From: an uncultured bacterium
GTDB taxonomy: Bacteria; Hydrothermota; Tepidihabitantia; SM23-42; CAYGYG01
Assembly: GCA_964354155.1 (NCBI GenBank)
Contig: CAYGYG010000013.1
Coordinates: 3,696-67,695 of the forward strand
DNA length: 64,000 nt
Direction of reading: 5' to 3'
Position 1 is the first letter of the stretch. Each line of letters starts with the position of its first letter. The position numbers and the translations under genes were made by a program. Below are positions 53,029 to 63,379 of this stretch, in pieces. A model generated the notes under the pieces. The model was not told the DNA's origin, did no database searches, and worked only from the letters and a program-made list of their open reading frames with translations.

Positions 53029-54545
53029 GTAACCCGCATAATGGCCCAATGTCTTCTTTCGGCGGGGCAACGCAAAACCGATCCTGGAGTTCTGCACACA
53101 AGGTGTCCGTGAACCTTCTAGTTTGGGTCGTACTTGCGGCTGCAACGGTATCCGTTGGCTACCTATCTGCGGCTTCAAGTGCTGATGTCTTGCGAGGTGT
53201 AGTTTGTCTACTGGCTTTCATGGGTTTCCTAGCATTCTTGCTTCTGCCAAGGACGGGGACCTATCTTATTCTCTTTTCAGTTTTCGTACCTCTATCTTTT
53301 GGTGAGTTTCTGGGCGTCAGATCGTTGTACCTGTACGAAATCGTTATTCCTATCGTAGCATTTGTATATTTCTTCAACAAGGTATTTATGAGGCAGTCAG
53401 TGTTTGCGTTTAACCCGAAACTAAATCCCACCATAGTTCCAATATTGCTCTATTTCGTAATCATTCTTCTCAATTATGCGAGAAATCCACTGCCTCCGTC
53501 AGGGATGATGCATATTGGAGAAGAGTTGGGTGGGATGAAGATATACTATCGGTTCTTTCTATGCTTGTTGTTGTATTTGTTGTTCACAGAGATCGTGGCG
53601 ACATCCTCACATCTAATGAACAAGACCATGTCATTCATTTGGACTTTGACGCTTGCGATCGCCGTGTTGGGCGTATTGATGATTGTCTCTGGGCCTGTGA
53701 ATGCGATTGTTATGAAGATGCAAGCACTCAACGTGATCAACGCTTTTGAATGGCAAGCCTCGCCTCTGTCCTATTCAGGATTCGGCCTCAATGCATACCG
53801 ATTGGGCCTTTTGACCGACGTGGTTCCGGTTGCGCTTTTTCTGTTGACTGCAAATGTTGTGCAGCCTAAGACAGTAATGACTGGCCTGTTGCTACTTTTC
53901 ATGTTGTTTGCGTTGGTTCTGAGTGGTGGGCGCGCTGGCTTTGCATCATGCGTCCTCACAATCACAATATGGGTACTTTTACGGAAGAAATGGGTTTTGT
54001 TCGTCTGCATACTGGTACTGTGTTTGTCTACGTATTTGCTTATCTATGTACACTATGACAAGTTACCCGATCAAATCAAGAGGATTACGTTCGTCAACGC
54101 CCCCTTGTCGCAATTAGATTATGCGCGAGATGTGATGTATCAGATGTCATGGGACCTGTTCCGGAAGCACCCTGTGTTTGGGGTAGGTATTGGGGCATTC
54201 CCAATAACAGGTGTCGCTGGCTCCATTGAGCACCAGTTCCTAACAAGACATCTACGGTATGGTGGGCACGGTGCATATGTCTCCTTGCTGTTTCTAACCG
54301 GCATGGTAGGTCTTATTCCATTTCTGTGGGTTATCATCCGCTCGTTAAGGGGTGCATATTGTGTTTTCGTCGCACACAGTACTGACATACGAAAATGCGT
54401 CAGCTTGTTTCTCCTATTGTCTATTGTTTTCTATTCGGCCTTGTTTGCGTTTAGTGGCCGGGGCTCCGAGCTTTGGTTTTTTGTCGTTACGGGCATGGTC
54501 TCCGGGTTATCTGTTTACCACAGGAACAGGTGCCGTACTCAATGA
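53025..54545 (+). CDS. O-antigen ligase/polymerase (Wzy/WaaL family)
   Basis: Multi-TM, SGGRAG, HPVFGVGIG, H..Y...L...G.VG. Confidence 0.85.
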   Translation: MSNPHNGPMSSFGGATQNRSWSSAHKVSVNLLVWVVLAAATVSVGYLSAASSADVLRGVVCLLAFMGFLAFLLLPRTGTYLILFSVFVPLSFGEFLGVRSLYLYEIVIPIVAFVYFFNKVFMRQSVFAFNPKLNPTIVPILLYFVIILLNYARNPLPPSGMMHIGEELGGMKIYYRFFLCLLLYLLFTEIVATSSHLMNKTMSFIWTLTLAIAVLGVLMIVSGPVNAIVMKMQALNVINAFEWQASPLSYSGFGLNAYRLGLLTDVVPVALFLLTANVVQPKTVMTGLLLLFMLFALVLSGGRAGFASCVLTITIWVLLRKKWVLFVCILVLCLSTYLLIYVHYDKLPDQIKRITFVNAPLSQLDYARDVMYQMSWDLFRKHPVFGVGIGAFPITGVAGSIEHQFLTRHLRYGGHGAYVSLLFLTGMVGLIPFLWVIIRSLRGAYCVFVAHSTDIRKCVSLFLLLSIVFYSALFAFSGRGSELWFFVVTGMVSGLSVYHRNRCRTQ

Positions 54546-54590
54546 GTGAGCTCACTTGAGCGTGGCACGGCATCCCTGTAAGCTATACAC

Positions 54591-55781
54591 ATGTTAAGGC
54601 GAGAGAACATACTTCGGATTTCTGAAGTTCCGTGGGATTCGTGTTTCTGGACGCGACGTCAAGTATTCAGCCAAATGCTGGCCGAAAGAGGCAATAAGAT
54701 ATACTACGTTGAGCCAGGCGGGCTGGTCTTGCGTGGATCATTCAACAGAAGATACGGTGCCGTGACACGATTTGGGTCTCACGTACGTCAAGTTGCTGAC
54801 GATATCCATGTCATAACTGCTCCTGCACAGATTCCCTTTTATGCGGCGACCAAACTCGGCATAATGTGGCCGTTGAGAGTGAACCGTCTTGTACTGAAGA
54901 ACTTGTTGTTGAGTTCTCAGCATTCGCTGAAGATTGAAAACCCCATCCTGTGGACCTATTTTTCACCGTCGTTGTCGCCAGATATTGTGCGGGAACTTAA
55001 GCCGAAAGCAGTTGTATACGATTGTACTGACAACGTTGCGGGTCTGCCTGGTGTTGGTTTAAGGTTCGCGCAAATCGAAGCGGCGCTTGCAAGGGAAGCA
55101 GATATCGTTTTTGTGACTTCTAAGGGGCTATTACCAAGGTTCCTCGAATTGAATGCGAACACACATTTTGCCCCAAACGGTGTAGATTTCGACTTGTACT
55201 CGAAAATCGACGCAGTGGATCGGTCGCGAGATTGCAGCGGACTGTGTGACGTCTCAGGCCCCATCATCGGCTATGTCGGATCAGTCTATGAGTGGATGGA
55301 TTTAGATCTCATTTACAGTATTGGCACGAAACATCCGGGCTGGACATTCGTAATAATCGGTCCCGTGCATTGTGATATAGGGCGGTTTCGCAATCTAGAA
55401 AATGTGCGTTTTCTGGGCAAGAAAGTGCGGGAAGAAGCGATTACTTATCTCAAGCATTTCGATGTATGCGTCAACGTGTTCAGGGAAAACGAGTTGACCA
55501 AATACGTGCATCCATTGAAGGTGTACGAGTATCTGGCGGCTGGCAAGCCGGTTGTATCTGTGCCCATGTCGGAGATAGACCATCTTCGCCCAGTTGTCAA
55601 GTTTGCAGCGAATGAGCAAGAGTTCACGGCGGCGATTGAAGATGCGCTTGCGCATGATAACGAACGCTTGAGGCAAGAGCGATTGCGGTTTGCACGCAGG
55701 TATTCATGGGATAAGATACTCGACGGTATCTGGAATATGATTGATAAAACCATCCAAAAGAAGGCGAATAGGGTGTCATGA
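54591..55781 (+). CDS. Glycosyltransferase, GT-B (TuaH-like)
   Basis: VYDC.D, PNGVD, IGYVG, P.K.YEYLAAGKPVV. Confidence 0.88.
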   Translation: MLRRENILRISEVPWDSCFWTRRQVFSQMLAERGNKIYYVEPGGLVLRGSFNRRYGAVTRFGSHVRQVADDIHVITAPAQIPFYAATKLGIMWPLRVNRLVLKNLLLSSQHSLKIENPILWTYFSPSLSPDIVRELKPKAVVYDCTDNVAGLPGVGLRFAQIEAALAREADIVFVTSKGLLPRFLELNANTHFAPNGVDFDLYSKIDAVDRSRDCSGLCDVSGPIIGYVGSVYEWMDLDLIYSIGTKHPGWTFVIIGPVHCDIGRFRNLENVRFLGKKVREEAITYLKHFDVCVNVFRENELTKYVHPLKVYEYLAAGKPVVSVPMSEIDHLRPVVKFAANEQEFTAAIEDALAHDNERLRQERLRFARRYSWDKILDGIWNMIDKTIQKKANRVS

Positions 55782-57061
55782 GAATTCTGATGATGACCCC
55801 ATGGCTACCAGGGCTGCCCACAACGGGAGGATCACCGCGGGTGTTCCACTTGCTTAAGGAACTTGCGCCCCTGCACGACTTCACCGTCTATAGTCTCTCG
55901 TCCTCAGCGGTAGAATGCGCACGGTTTACCGGTGCAGTCGATCGTGACTGCCTTCGGACGCCAGTTCACGTAGTTAATGTGGATAGAAGTTCATCCCTGG
56001 CTGGTTTCCTTAGAACCACCTTCTCCATGTTGCCTAATTTCATCATGGTCCATAAGTCGCCCGCTGAGTACAAGCGAATTCAGGGCATCGTGCGAATGAT
56101 CCTGGAGCGTGACCATTTTGACCTAATCCATATTGAGAACATATCGATGCTTCAGTACTTGCCGGCTCGATGCAGAATTCCGAAAGTGGTGATGCTTCCT
56201 GACTCGGCCTATCTCTATTTCCGCAGAAACATCAGGTACGGAGGCAGCTTGTTCAAGAGGATATGGTTTTGTACCCAGGCTATGAAAGCGAAGAGGTTCG
56301 AGACCACAGTATTGGGAGACGCTGACTATGTAGTCGTAAACTCAGACATTGATGCAAGGGTCCTGCTGTCGAACGGTTTGAGAAACAGAGTCGCCGTGGT
56401 TCCTAACGGCGTCGACATCGAATACTACAGCAGTAAGCCACGACGCTCATCCGGCAACGCGATGGTGTTCAGCGGTGTCATGGATTACGAATACAATGTT
56501 GATGCGATGCTCTATTTCTGCAGAGATATCCTGCCCATAATAAGAAAGGAAGTCCCCGATGCCAGCCTGCTAATAGTCGGGAAGAATCCTACGGGAGCAA
56601 TACTGGATCTGGCTGCCAATTCAAGCATAAATGTGACGGGCTATGTGGATGATGTTAGGCCCTATGTTTCGCGCGCCACTGTGTATGTATCACCTCTCCG
56701 CGGTGGCGCGGGGATGAAGAATAAGTTACTTATGGCAATGGCAATGCAGAGACCGATTGTTGCCAGCTCGATAAGCTGCGACGGCATTGACATTGAACAC
56801 AATCACAGCGCACTGATAGCCGACGCACCAGCGGCCTTTGCGCAGTCGGTAGTAGCCTTACTACACAATGAAGCGTTACGGCGAAGACTGGTACGTAATG
56901 CCTTCAATCTGGCCAAAGAGAAGTACAGCTGGCGATCGTATGCGCGTCGGTTTGATCAGATCTACCTGAGGTCGGTGTCCACTCAAGGTAGCGCCTTTCA
57001 ATGGGCTGCAACCGACATACGTCCTGTGTCTTTGGACGAAAGGAGACGAAATGAATGTTAG
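55778..57061 (+). CDS. Glycosyltransferase family 4
   Basis: PNGVD, F.G.MDY..N.DA, G.KNK...AMAM..P.V. Confidence 0.9.
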   Translation: MRILMMTPWLPGLPTTGGSPRVFHLLKELAPLHDFTVYSLSSSAVECARFTGAVDRDCLRTPVHVVNVDRSSSLAGFLRTTFSMLPNFIMVHKSPAEYKRIQGIVRMILERDHFDLIHIENISMLQYLPARCRIPKVVMLPDSAYLYFRRNIRYGGSLFKRIWFCTQAMKAKRFETTVLGDADYVVVNSDIDARVLLSNGLRNRVAVVPNGVDIEYYSSKPRRSSGNAMVFSGVMDYEYNVDAMLYFCRDILPIIRKEVPDASLLIVGKNPTGAILDLAANSSINVTGYVDDVRPYVSRATVYVSPLRGGAGMKNKLLMAMAMQRPIVASSISCDGIDIEHNHSALIADAPAAFAQSVVALLHNEALRRRLVRNAFNLAKEKYSWRSYARRFDQIYLRSVSTQGSAFQWAATDIRPVSLDERRRNEC

Positions 57062-58367
57062 CGTTTTCGGACTTGGATATGTTGGGTGTGTTTCGGCTGC
57101 GTGTCTAGCGCACGATGGTCACTATGTGATCGGCGTAGATGTTAACCCATTGAAGGTTGAAATGATCAACAAGATGAAGAGTCCGGTTGTAGAGCAGAAT
57201 CTTGGCGAGCTGATCAAAGAGGGTGTGCAGGCGGGGAGATTGAAGGGGACATGCGACGCGCGGGAGGCCGTCTTGAATACGGCGATTTCCCTCGTCTGCG
57301 TCGGAACGCCGTGCGATAAGAAGGGCAATATAGTATTAGACTTCATTGAGCGAGGTTCACAGGAGATCGGCCATGTATTGAAAGAGAAGAATGAACGCCA
57401 TATCATCGTTTACAGAAGTACGATCGTGCCTGGTACGTTGCGTTCGAGAATTGTCCCCATTCTGGAAAAGAGTTCTGGGATGAAGGTAGGTCGTGATTTT
57501 GGTGTGTGCGTAAATCCTGAATTCTTGAGAGAAGGGACTGGTGTATTCGACTTCTACAATCCACCTCGAGTGTTGATTGGTGAAGACAATGCAGATGACG
57601 GGCGAGCGGTTGAGTCCTTGTACATGAAGGTCAAGGCACGCGTAGTCCATACGCGCATAGAAGTTGCCGAAGTGATCAAGTATGTTGAGAATGCTTTTCA
57701 CGCTCTCAAGGTGGCTTTTGCCAATGAGATCGGGTTGCTGTGCAAAGAGCTGGCGATAGATAGCCACGAAATCATGGGCATCTTCTGCGAAGACACTAAG
57801 TTAAACCTCTCAGCATACTATTTGAAGCCTGGCTTCGCGTTCGGTGGGTCGTGTCTTCCAAAAGATCTGCAGGCCCTGACTTACAGGGCTAGGCAACTGG
57901 GCCTCGACTTGCCTTTGCTTTCCTCAATTATGAAAAGCAATGAGGCACACATGCGTCAGATCATTAATACTGTGGAAGGCTTCCAAGCGAAGAACATAGG
58001 CATAGTTGGCTTAAGCTTCAAGCAGGGAACCGACGATCTCAGAGAAAGTCCAAGCGTCATTCTGGCGGAGGTTCTCATTGGCAGAGGCTGCAATATCGCA
58101 ATCTATGACGAAGAAGTTAATCTCGCTTCGGTTATAGGGGCGAACAGGCAGTACATAAATGAGCGGATTTCACATATATCAAAGCTTCTTGTCCCAACCT
58201 TGGATGATCTGCTACGTAGGAGCGATCTTGTCATCATAACCAAGCATGTTGAAGGAATGGCATCTGTTTCGCTAGGTGATCTTAGAAACAAGACCATATT
58301 TGACTTGGTCAATGTTGGAGAGATCAAGAGAATGAGGGGCATTGATTACCACGGCGTTGCGTGGTGA
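57051..58367 (+). CDS. GDP-mannose 6-dehydrogenase (AlgD-like) nucleotide-sugar dehydrogenase
   Basis: FGLGYVG, CVGTP, NPEFLREG, D.KLNLS.YY.KPGFAFGGSCLPKD, FK.GTDDLRESP. Confidence 0.88.
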   Translation: MNVSVFGLGYVGCVSAACLAHDGHYVIGVDVNPLKVEMINKMKSPVVEQNLGELIKEGVQAGRLKGTCDAREAVLNTAISLVCVGTPCDKKGNIVLDFIERGSQEIGHVLKEKNERHIIVYRSTIVPGTLRSRIVPILEKSSGMKVGRDFGVCVNPEFLREGTGVFDFYNPPRVLIGEDNADDGRAVESLYMKVKARVVHTRIEVAEVIKYVENAFHALKVAFANEIGLLCKELAIDSHEIMGIFCEDTKLNLSAYYLKPGFAFGGSCLPKDLQALTYRARQLGLDLPLLSSIMKSNEAHMRQIINTVEGFQAKNIGIVGLSFKQGTDDLRESPSVILAEVLIGRGCNIAIYDEEVNLASVIGANRQYINERISHISKLLVPTLDDLLRRSDLVIITKHVEGMASVSLGDLRNKTIFDLVNVGEIKRMRGIDYHGVAW

Positions 58368-58543
58368 GTGACCTGGGGGTCAGTCGACCGTTGTCCTGTG
58401 CCTGCGCATGATCACGAACCAGAATGATATTCGGCGTTTCCAGACATGCAGGTCATGATTGGGAACTTCCCTTGCCGTGAGGAGAACGAGTTGGCCCCAG
58501 GACTACCTGTCGAGACCTGCTGCGTCCACCTTGCTTGGCGTGT

Positions 58544-59779
58544 ATGAAGACTATCCTGGTTAACACATACCTTTCGCCGGGTGGTGGGGATACGGCCTAC
58601 ATATTCAACCTTTCTGACCTGCTACAGAGTAGAGAGGATGAGGTCGCTTTCTTTGCCATGGTGAATGGTCATAATAGACCCGACCCGAATGCTGATCTGT
58701 TCGTAAGTCACATAGACTTCAGGGAACTGTCTCGTCAGAGGAATCCGGTTGCTGGCTTGCGCGTGATGTCTAGGGCCATTTATTCGGTTGAAGCACGTGG
58801 GAAGTTTGAAAAGCTGCTGTGCCGCTTTGAGCCCGACACGATCCATGTGCAGAACATCCATGCCCATATTACACCCTCTGTTGTTTTCGAAGCTAGAAAA
58901 CATGGTCTGCCGGTAGTCTGGACATTGCACGACCACAAACTGATCTGCCCGAACACACACTTCATGATCGACGCAACGGGTGAGATATGTGAGGCATGTG
59001 GGAAACGAGCATACTATCATGCCATTCTGGGGCGGTGTAAGAAGGGTTCGGTACTGGCGAGCGCCATGGCGAGTCTTGAGGCCTACGCACACTGGTTCAT
59101 GAGGGTCAGGGACAAGGTGGACGCTTTCATTTCGCCCAGCCAGTTTCTCCGTAACAAGCTCATCGACCGCGGCTTCAGGCCGGAAAAGGTCCACCATTTG
59201 CCCATGTTTGTGCCAGATATTTGTTTTCGCCGCGGGAACGGCAGGGGCGAACACTTCCTTTTCTTGGGAAAGATAGACCCGATCAAGGGAGTCAAGGCTA
59301 TGACAGAAGCCTGTCGGTCGGTACCCGACGCAAGTCTTATTATTGCTGGCAACGGTGACGGCGAGTACGCAGCGCAGTGCCGGTGTGAGGCTCCATTGAA
59401 CGCCGCTTTCGTTGGTTTCAAGACAGGACGGGAACTGCACCAACTACGCGACGGTGCCCGCGCGATCGTCTTGCCGTCGCTGTGCTACGAGAACCAGCCG
59501 TTAGCGATCCTGGAAGCGTTTGCGGCGTCGAAGCCGGTGATCGCATCGAATCTTGGCGGGATGACTGAATTGGTGAAGCACGGGGAGAGGGGTCTGCTTG
59601 TGCCGCCTGGCGATGCCGAGGCCCTGGCTGACGCCATGCGTTGGATGATGAGCCATCCGAAGGAAGCGCGTGAGATGGGCAGGAATGCCTACGAGTACGC
59701 CCGTGAGGTCCACTCAGCCGAAAGGCACTACGATGGACTCATGGCGATATATCGGAAAGTTGGTGCCAGGGGTATATGA
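58544..59779 (+). CDS. Glycosyltransferase family 4
   Basis: H..NIH...TPS, TLHD..L.CP, YENQP..ILEAFA..KPVI. Confidence 0.9.
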   Translation: MKTILVNTYLSPGGGDTAYIFNLSDLLQSREDEVAFFAMVNGHNRPDPNADLFVSHIDFRELSRQRNPVAGLRVMSRAIYSVEARGKFEKLLCRFEPDTIHVQNIHAHITPSVVFEARKHGLPVVWTLHDHKLICPNTHFMIDATGEICEACGKRAYYHAILGRCKKGSVLASAMASLEAYAHWFMRVRDKVDAFISPSQFLRNKLIDRGFRPEKVHHLPMFVPDICFRRGNGRGEHFLFLGKIDPIKGVKAMTEACRSVPDASLIIAGNGDGEYAAQCRCEAPLNAAFVGFKTGRELHQLRDGARAIVLPSLCYENQPLAILEAFAASKPVIASNLGGMTELVKHGERGLLVPPGDAEALADAMRWMMSHPKEAREMGRNAYEYAREVHSAERHYDGLMAIYRKVGARGI

Positions 59780-60672
59780 TTTCTCGTGAATTGCGCGAAC
59801 TCATTGTCTACCATTCAAAATTCACAAGAAGGTTCGCAGAACATGATTATCACAACGTTTTTGCGAAAACGTTTGGAGATCTGAAGCTGACTGGCCTCCG
59901 CAAACTCGAAGGCAGACATGTATTAGACTTAGGTTGCGGTCAACGATTTCCCTTTGCTCTGTTATGTGCCGCTGAAGGTGCACGCGTTACTGCATTGGAT
60001 ATCGACTACGTTAAACCAGATCCCTTGCCTAGATTCTTCTACAATGCTGTCAGACATAACGGCGTCAAACGTGCGTTTAAGTCTGCGATTAGGCAGGTAC
60101 TATTCGACAGACGCTATTACACGATCTTGGAAACAACTGCTAAGAGACCACTAAAGCAGCGCAAATCAGCAATTACGTATGTTATTGCTGATCCCGGGTG
60201 CTGTGATTACCCATTACGGTCGGGTACGTTCGATCTGATCGTTTCAAACGCGGTGGTCGAACATGTCAATAATGTGAACCAGTTCGCTGCAGAAATCTAC
60301 CGTCTGCTCGTGAAAGGTGGATATTTCTATGCTATCATCCACAACTTCTATTCATTGTCTGGTGGGCACAACCTGGAATGGGCGTATCCCGATGAGTCAC
60401 CGTCGAAGCGGGTCCCCCCCTGGGACCACTTGCGAAGGAAAGAGTTCCAAAGCTGGGTCTTCCTCAACAAACTGAAGCCTGAAGAGTATGCAAATGCCTT
60501 CAAGACTCACCTTGAGGTTTTGCTTTTCGAGCCTCGAAATGTGAACCACGATAGAAATGGCTGCGAGGGGGAACGATTCCTTCGCCCGGAAATAACGGCT
60601 GAGTTGAAAGAATATCCGCGAGAACTGCTCCTGACGAGGAGTTGGTGCATTATTGCGAGGAAGCGTGACTGA
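59776..60672 (+). CDS. Class I SAM-dependent methyltransferase
   Basis: VLDLGCG, FDLI.S.AV.EH. Confidence 0.85.
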   Translation: MISRELRELIVYHSKFTRRFAEHDYHNVFAKTFGDLKLTGLRKLEGRHVLDLGCGQRFPFALLCAAEGARVTALDIDYVKPDPLPRFFYNAVRHNGVKRAFKSAIRQVLFDRRYYTILETTAKRPLKQRKSAITYVIADPGCCDYPLRSGTFDLIVSNAVVEHVNNVNQFAAEIYRLLVKGGYFYAIIHNFYSLSGGHNLEWAYPDESPSKRVPPWDHLRRKEFQSWVFLNKLKPEEYANAFKTHLEVLLFEPRNVNHDRNGCEGERFLRPEITAELKEYPRELLLTRSWCIIARKRD

Positions 60673-60684
60673 TTCGAGCGGCAT

Positions 60685-60755
60685 ATGGAATGTGCGGTTG
60701 TAACGACTTATATGTGTAATCCTCGGTGCTAGATGTGCAATAGCTGGGCAAATGT
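60685..60755 (+). pseudogene. Degenerate duplicate of the 5' end of the radical SAM gene at 61233
   Basis: MECAVVTTYMCNPRC*MCNSW versus MECAVITTYRCNARCQMCRSW; CAG to TAG. Confidence 0.8.
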
Positions 60756-60859
60756 AACGCGCTCCATGCGCCGTCATCTCCGTATTCGCGCCCCGGGGAG
60801 TGTTGCACGTCGCGTTGACGTGACAATCCCAACCAGGTTATTCTCTGTTTATCGATAAA

Positions 60860-61150
60860 GTGAGAACAACCAACAGGACAGTATCAAGGTTATTTCGGGC
60901 GCTGGCCAACGAGAAACGTTTGATGATCGTCAAAGCCATCGCGGCAGGCCATGAGGAGACGAACAACACACTCTCGGACAAGCTCAACCTACCATATCCT
61001 ACCGTTGCGCGTCACCTAAAGATCCTGGAGAGTGTCGGTGTCATTGGCTCACGGCAGGATGGCGCAACCCAGCTCTACTCGCTGAAGAAACCGGATGATC
61101 CAATGGTTCAGAATGTACTCGATGCTGCATTGAGGCTAATCAGCAAATGA
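60860..61150 (+). CDS. ArsR/SmtB family transcriptional regulator
   Basis: FRALANE.RL.I, L.L.YPTVARHLK.L...G.I...Q.G....YSL. Confidence 0.88.
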   Translation: MRTTNRTVSRLFRALANEKRLMIVKAIAAGHEETNNTLSDKLNLPYPTVARHLKILESVGVIGSRQDGATQLYSLKKPDDPMVQNVLDAALRLISK

Positions 61151-61232
61151 CAACGGGCAGAGCTATTCTCGGATTATCGATAAAGCGAGAACAGTGGGTC
61201 GATGAGCAGTCTAGGTTGGAGGGTTGCATCGC

Positions 61233-62231
61233 ATGGAATGTGCAGTAATAACGACCTACAGATGTAATGCCCGGTGCCAGATGTGCCGGAGCTGGGAGAA
61301 TCCTACGCGGATTGAGGATGAATTCCGGCCGGAGATTCTGAAGAAGATTCCCCCTGGCATGGTCCGATTGAACGTCACCGGTGGTGAGCCGACCATTCGT
61401 AAAGACATAATGGATGTATTGGAGATACTGAAAACGAAGGCGCAGAAATTGGAGCTCAGCACCAATGGGTATTTCACCGACCGGTTGGTTGACATAGGGA
61501 AGAGGTTTCCCGAAATAAGGATAAGGATCAGTACCGAGGGTTTGCCGAGGACAAACGACGAGCTCCGTGGTTTGAAGCACGGTTTTGACCGGGCGCTGAA
61601 GGGCATTCTTGAACTGAAATCGCTTGGTTTGAAGGACATCGGTTTTGCGATTGTAATCTCCGACAAGAATATCGATGACTTGATCAACCTGTACCGGCTA
61701 TGTTCTGAGCTGAATATCGAGTTTTCGCAGTGCACACTCCACAATTCCTTCTATTTCTTCAAAGATGATAACAAGATAGAGAATCCTGATATCATCGATG
61801 GAAAGATGCGAGAGTTCATACGGGCTCTGCTGGAATCGAAACGCAGGAATACGAAACTGCGAATCAAAGACTGGTTCAGAGCCTACATTAACGCCGGTTT
61901 GCTCAGATATATACAGGGAAAGGATAGGACGATCCCGTGCTATGCCGGCACCGAGTCCTTTTTCGTGGATCCACATGGAAGGGTTCTGGCCTGCAACGGC
62001 TCGGCTGAACCGTGGGTCATGGGTGACTTGAAAACGCAAGCATTCGACGAAATCTGGCACAGCGTACAGGCCGACAAGGCACGAGAGCTGGTCAGGAATT
62101 GCCAAAGAAACTGCTGGATGACCGGCTCTTCGGTTCCGGCCATGCGCAAGAACATCTGGAAACCTCTCTGGTGGGTAGCGAAGAACAAAATCAACCTTTG
62201 TCTCAAGGGGAGCATGAATGGCGAGATTTAA
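61233..62231 (+). CDS. Radical SAM/SPASM domain protein
   Basis: CNARCQMC, TGGEPT, STNG, C.AG......P.G....C, C..NCW. Confidence 0.9.
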   Translation: MECAVITTYRCNARCQMCRSWENPTRIEDEFRPEILKKIPPGMVRLNVTGGEPTIRKDIMDVLEILKTKAQKLELSTNGYFTDRLVDIGKRFPEIRIRISTEGLPRTNDELRGLKHGFDRALKGILELKSLGLKDIGFAIVISDKNIDDLINLYRLCSELNIEFSQCTLHNSFYFFKDDNKIENPDIIDGKMREFIRALLESKRRNTKLRIKDWFRAYINAGLLRYIQGKDRTIPCYAGTESFFVDPHGRVLACNGSAEPWVMGDLKTQAFDEIWHSVQADKARELVRNCQRNCWMTGSSVPAMRKNIWKPLWWVAKNKINLCLKGSMNGEI

Positions 62232-63366
62232 GATCGCGTTCGTGGGCCAGAAGGGTATTCCCGCTTCATACGGGGGCGTTGAGAAGCATGTTGAGGAGCT
62301 GGGTCGCCGGCTCGCCAGTGGCGGGCATTCGATCGCTGCGTACAGCCGTGGGACCTATAATTCCTTCAGTGGTTATCACCAGGGGATCAGGGTGATTAAT
62401 CTGCCTGCGGTTTCCGAAAAACATGCCGAAATGATCTCGCATACCGTACTTTCGTGCCTCGATCTGCTCGACCGAGACATCGATGTTGTCCATATGCACA
62501 GTGTGGACCCGGCGGTGGCGTCATTCATCCCGAGGATCAAGACAAAGGTGTTGGTTACGTCACACGGCCAAGCGTACCGACGAGAGAAGTGGGGACCGAT
62601 TGCGAAGTCGCTCTCCCGCCTTGCCGAAAGATTGTTTGCCAAGATCCCTGACGCGCGGATTGCGGTGTCGAAGACTTTGAAAGATTACTACGAGACCAAG
62701 TACGGGTGCAAGGTGCATTATATACCGAATGGAGTAGAGCTTCCGCAATGCGGAAGATATCAAGAAGCAAAAATAAAAATGCAAAGATGTGGAAATGATG
62801 GTGAGGAAATGGAATTGCACAAGGATGAGTACATTGCGTACGTGGGCAGGATTTTGCCGACCAAAGGGGTGGATACGTTGCTGGATGCCTGGAAGATGCT
62901 GAATGGCTCAAAGTGGACCTCATTTGACAAGAAGCTTGCGATTGTCGGTGGCAGTTCGTATACCGACAAGTACGTCGAGGATTTGAAGCGGCGAGCCGAC
63001 GGTTCAGTTGTATGGACCGGGTACCGGTACGGCGACGAGCTGGCTCAGCTCTTCGCCAATGCCTATTGCGTGGTCGTTCCATCAGAAATCGAAGGTCTGG
63101 CTATCACGCTTCTTGAGGCCATGAGTTATGCGAAATGTGTTGTATATTCCGATATCCCGGAAAACGCTGAGGCGGCGGAAGGGGTGGGTATTGCTTTTCG
63201 CAACAAAGATGCCGTAGACCTGGCCGAAAAGATCAAGTTCGCGTTCAAGAACCGCCGGATGTGTCGGGAACTGGGGGAGAAGGCCAGGGAGCGGGTGGCC
63301 CGGGACTACAATTGGGACGATATCGTTGCCAAGACCGAAGAGGTGTATGAATCATTATTCCGTTGA
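62218..63366 (+). CDS. Glycosyltransferase family 4
   Basis: G.KGIPA.YGGVEKH.EEL, IPNGV, EG....LLEAMSY. Confidence 0.92.
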   Translation: MARFKIAFVGQKGIPASYGGVEKHVEELGRRLASGGHSIAAYSRGTYNSFSGYHQGIRVINLPAVSEKHAEMISHTVLSCLDLLDRDIDVVHMHSVDPAVASFIPRIKTKVLVTSHGQAYRREKWGPIAKSLSRLAERLFAKIPDARIAVSKTLKDYYETKYGCKVHYIPNGVELPQCGRYQEAKIKMQRCGNDGEEMELHKDEYIAYVGRILPTKGVDTLLDAWKMLNGSKWTSFDKKLAIVGGSSYTDKYVEDLKRRADGSVVWTGYRYGDELAQLFANAYCVVVPSEIEGLAITLLEAMSYAKCVVYSDIPENAEAAEGVGIAFRNKDAVDLAEKIKFAFKNRRMCRELGEKARERVARDYNWDDIVAKTEEVYESLFR

Positions 63367-63379
63367 GGCGTAGCCAAAA

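Noticed and set aside
58368-58543. Intergenic gap with GGGGTCAG, possibly a mobile-element end or gene remnant
   Set aside because: Single short match, no partner end and no recognisable reading frame.
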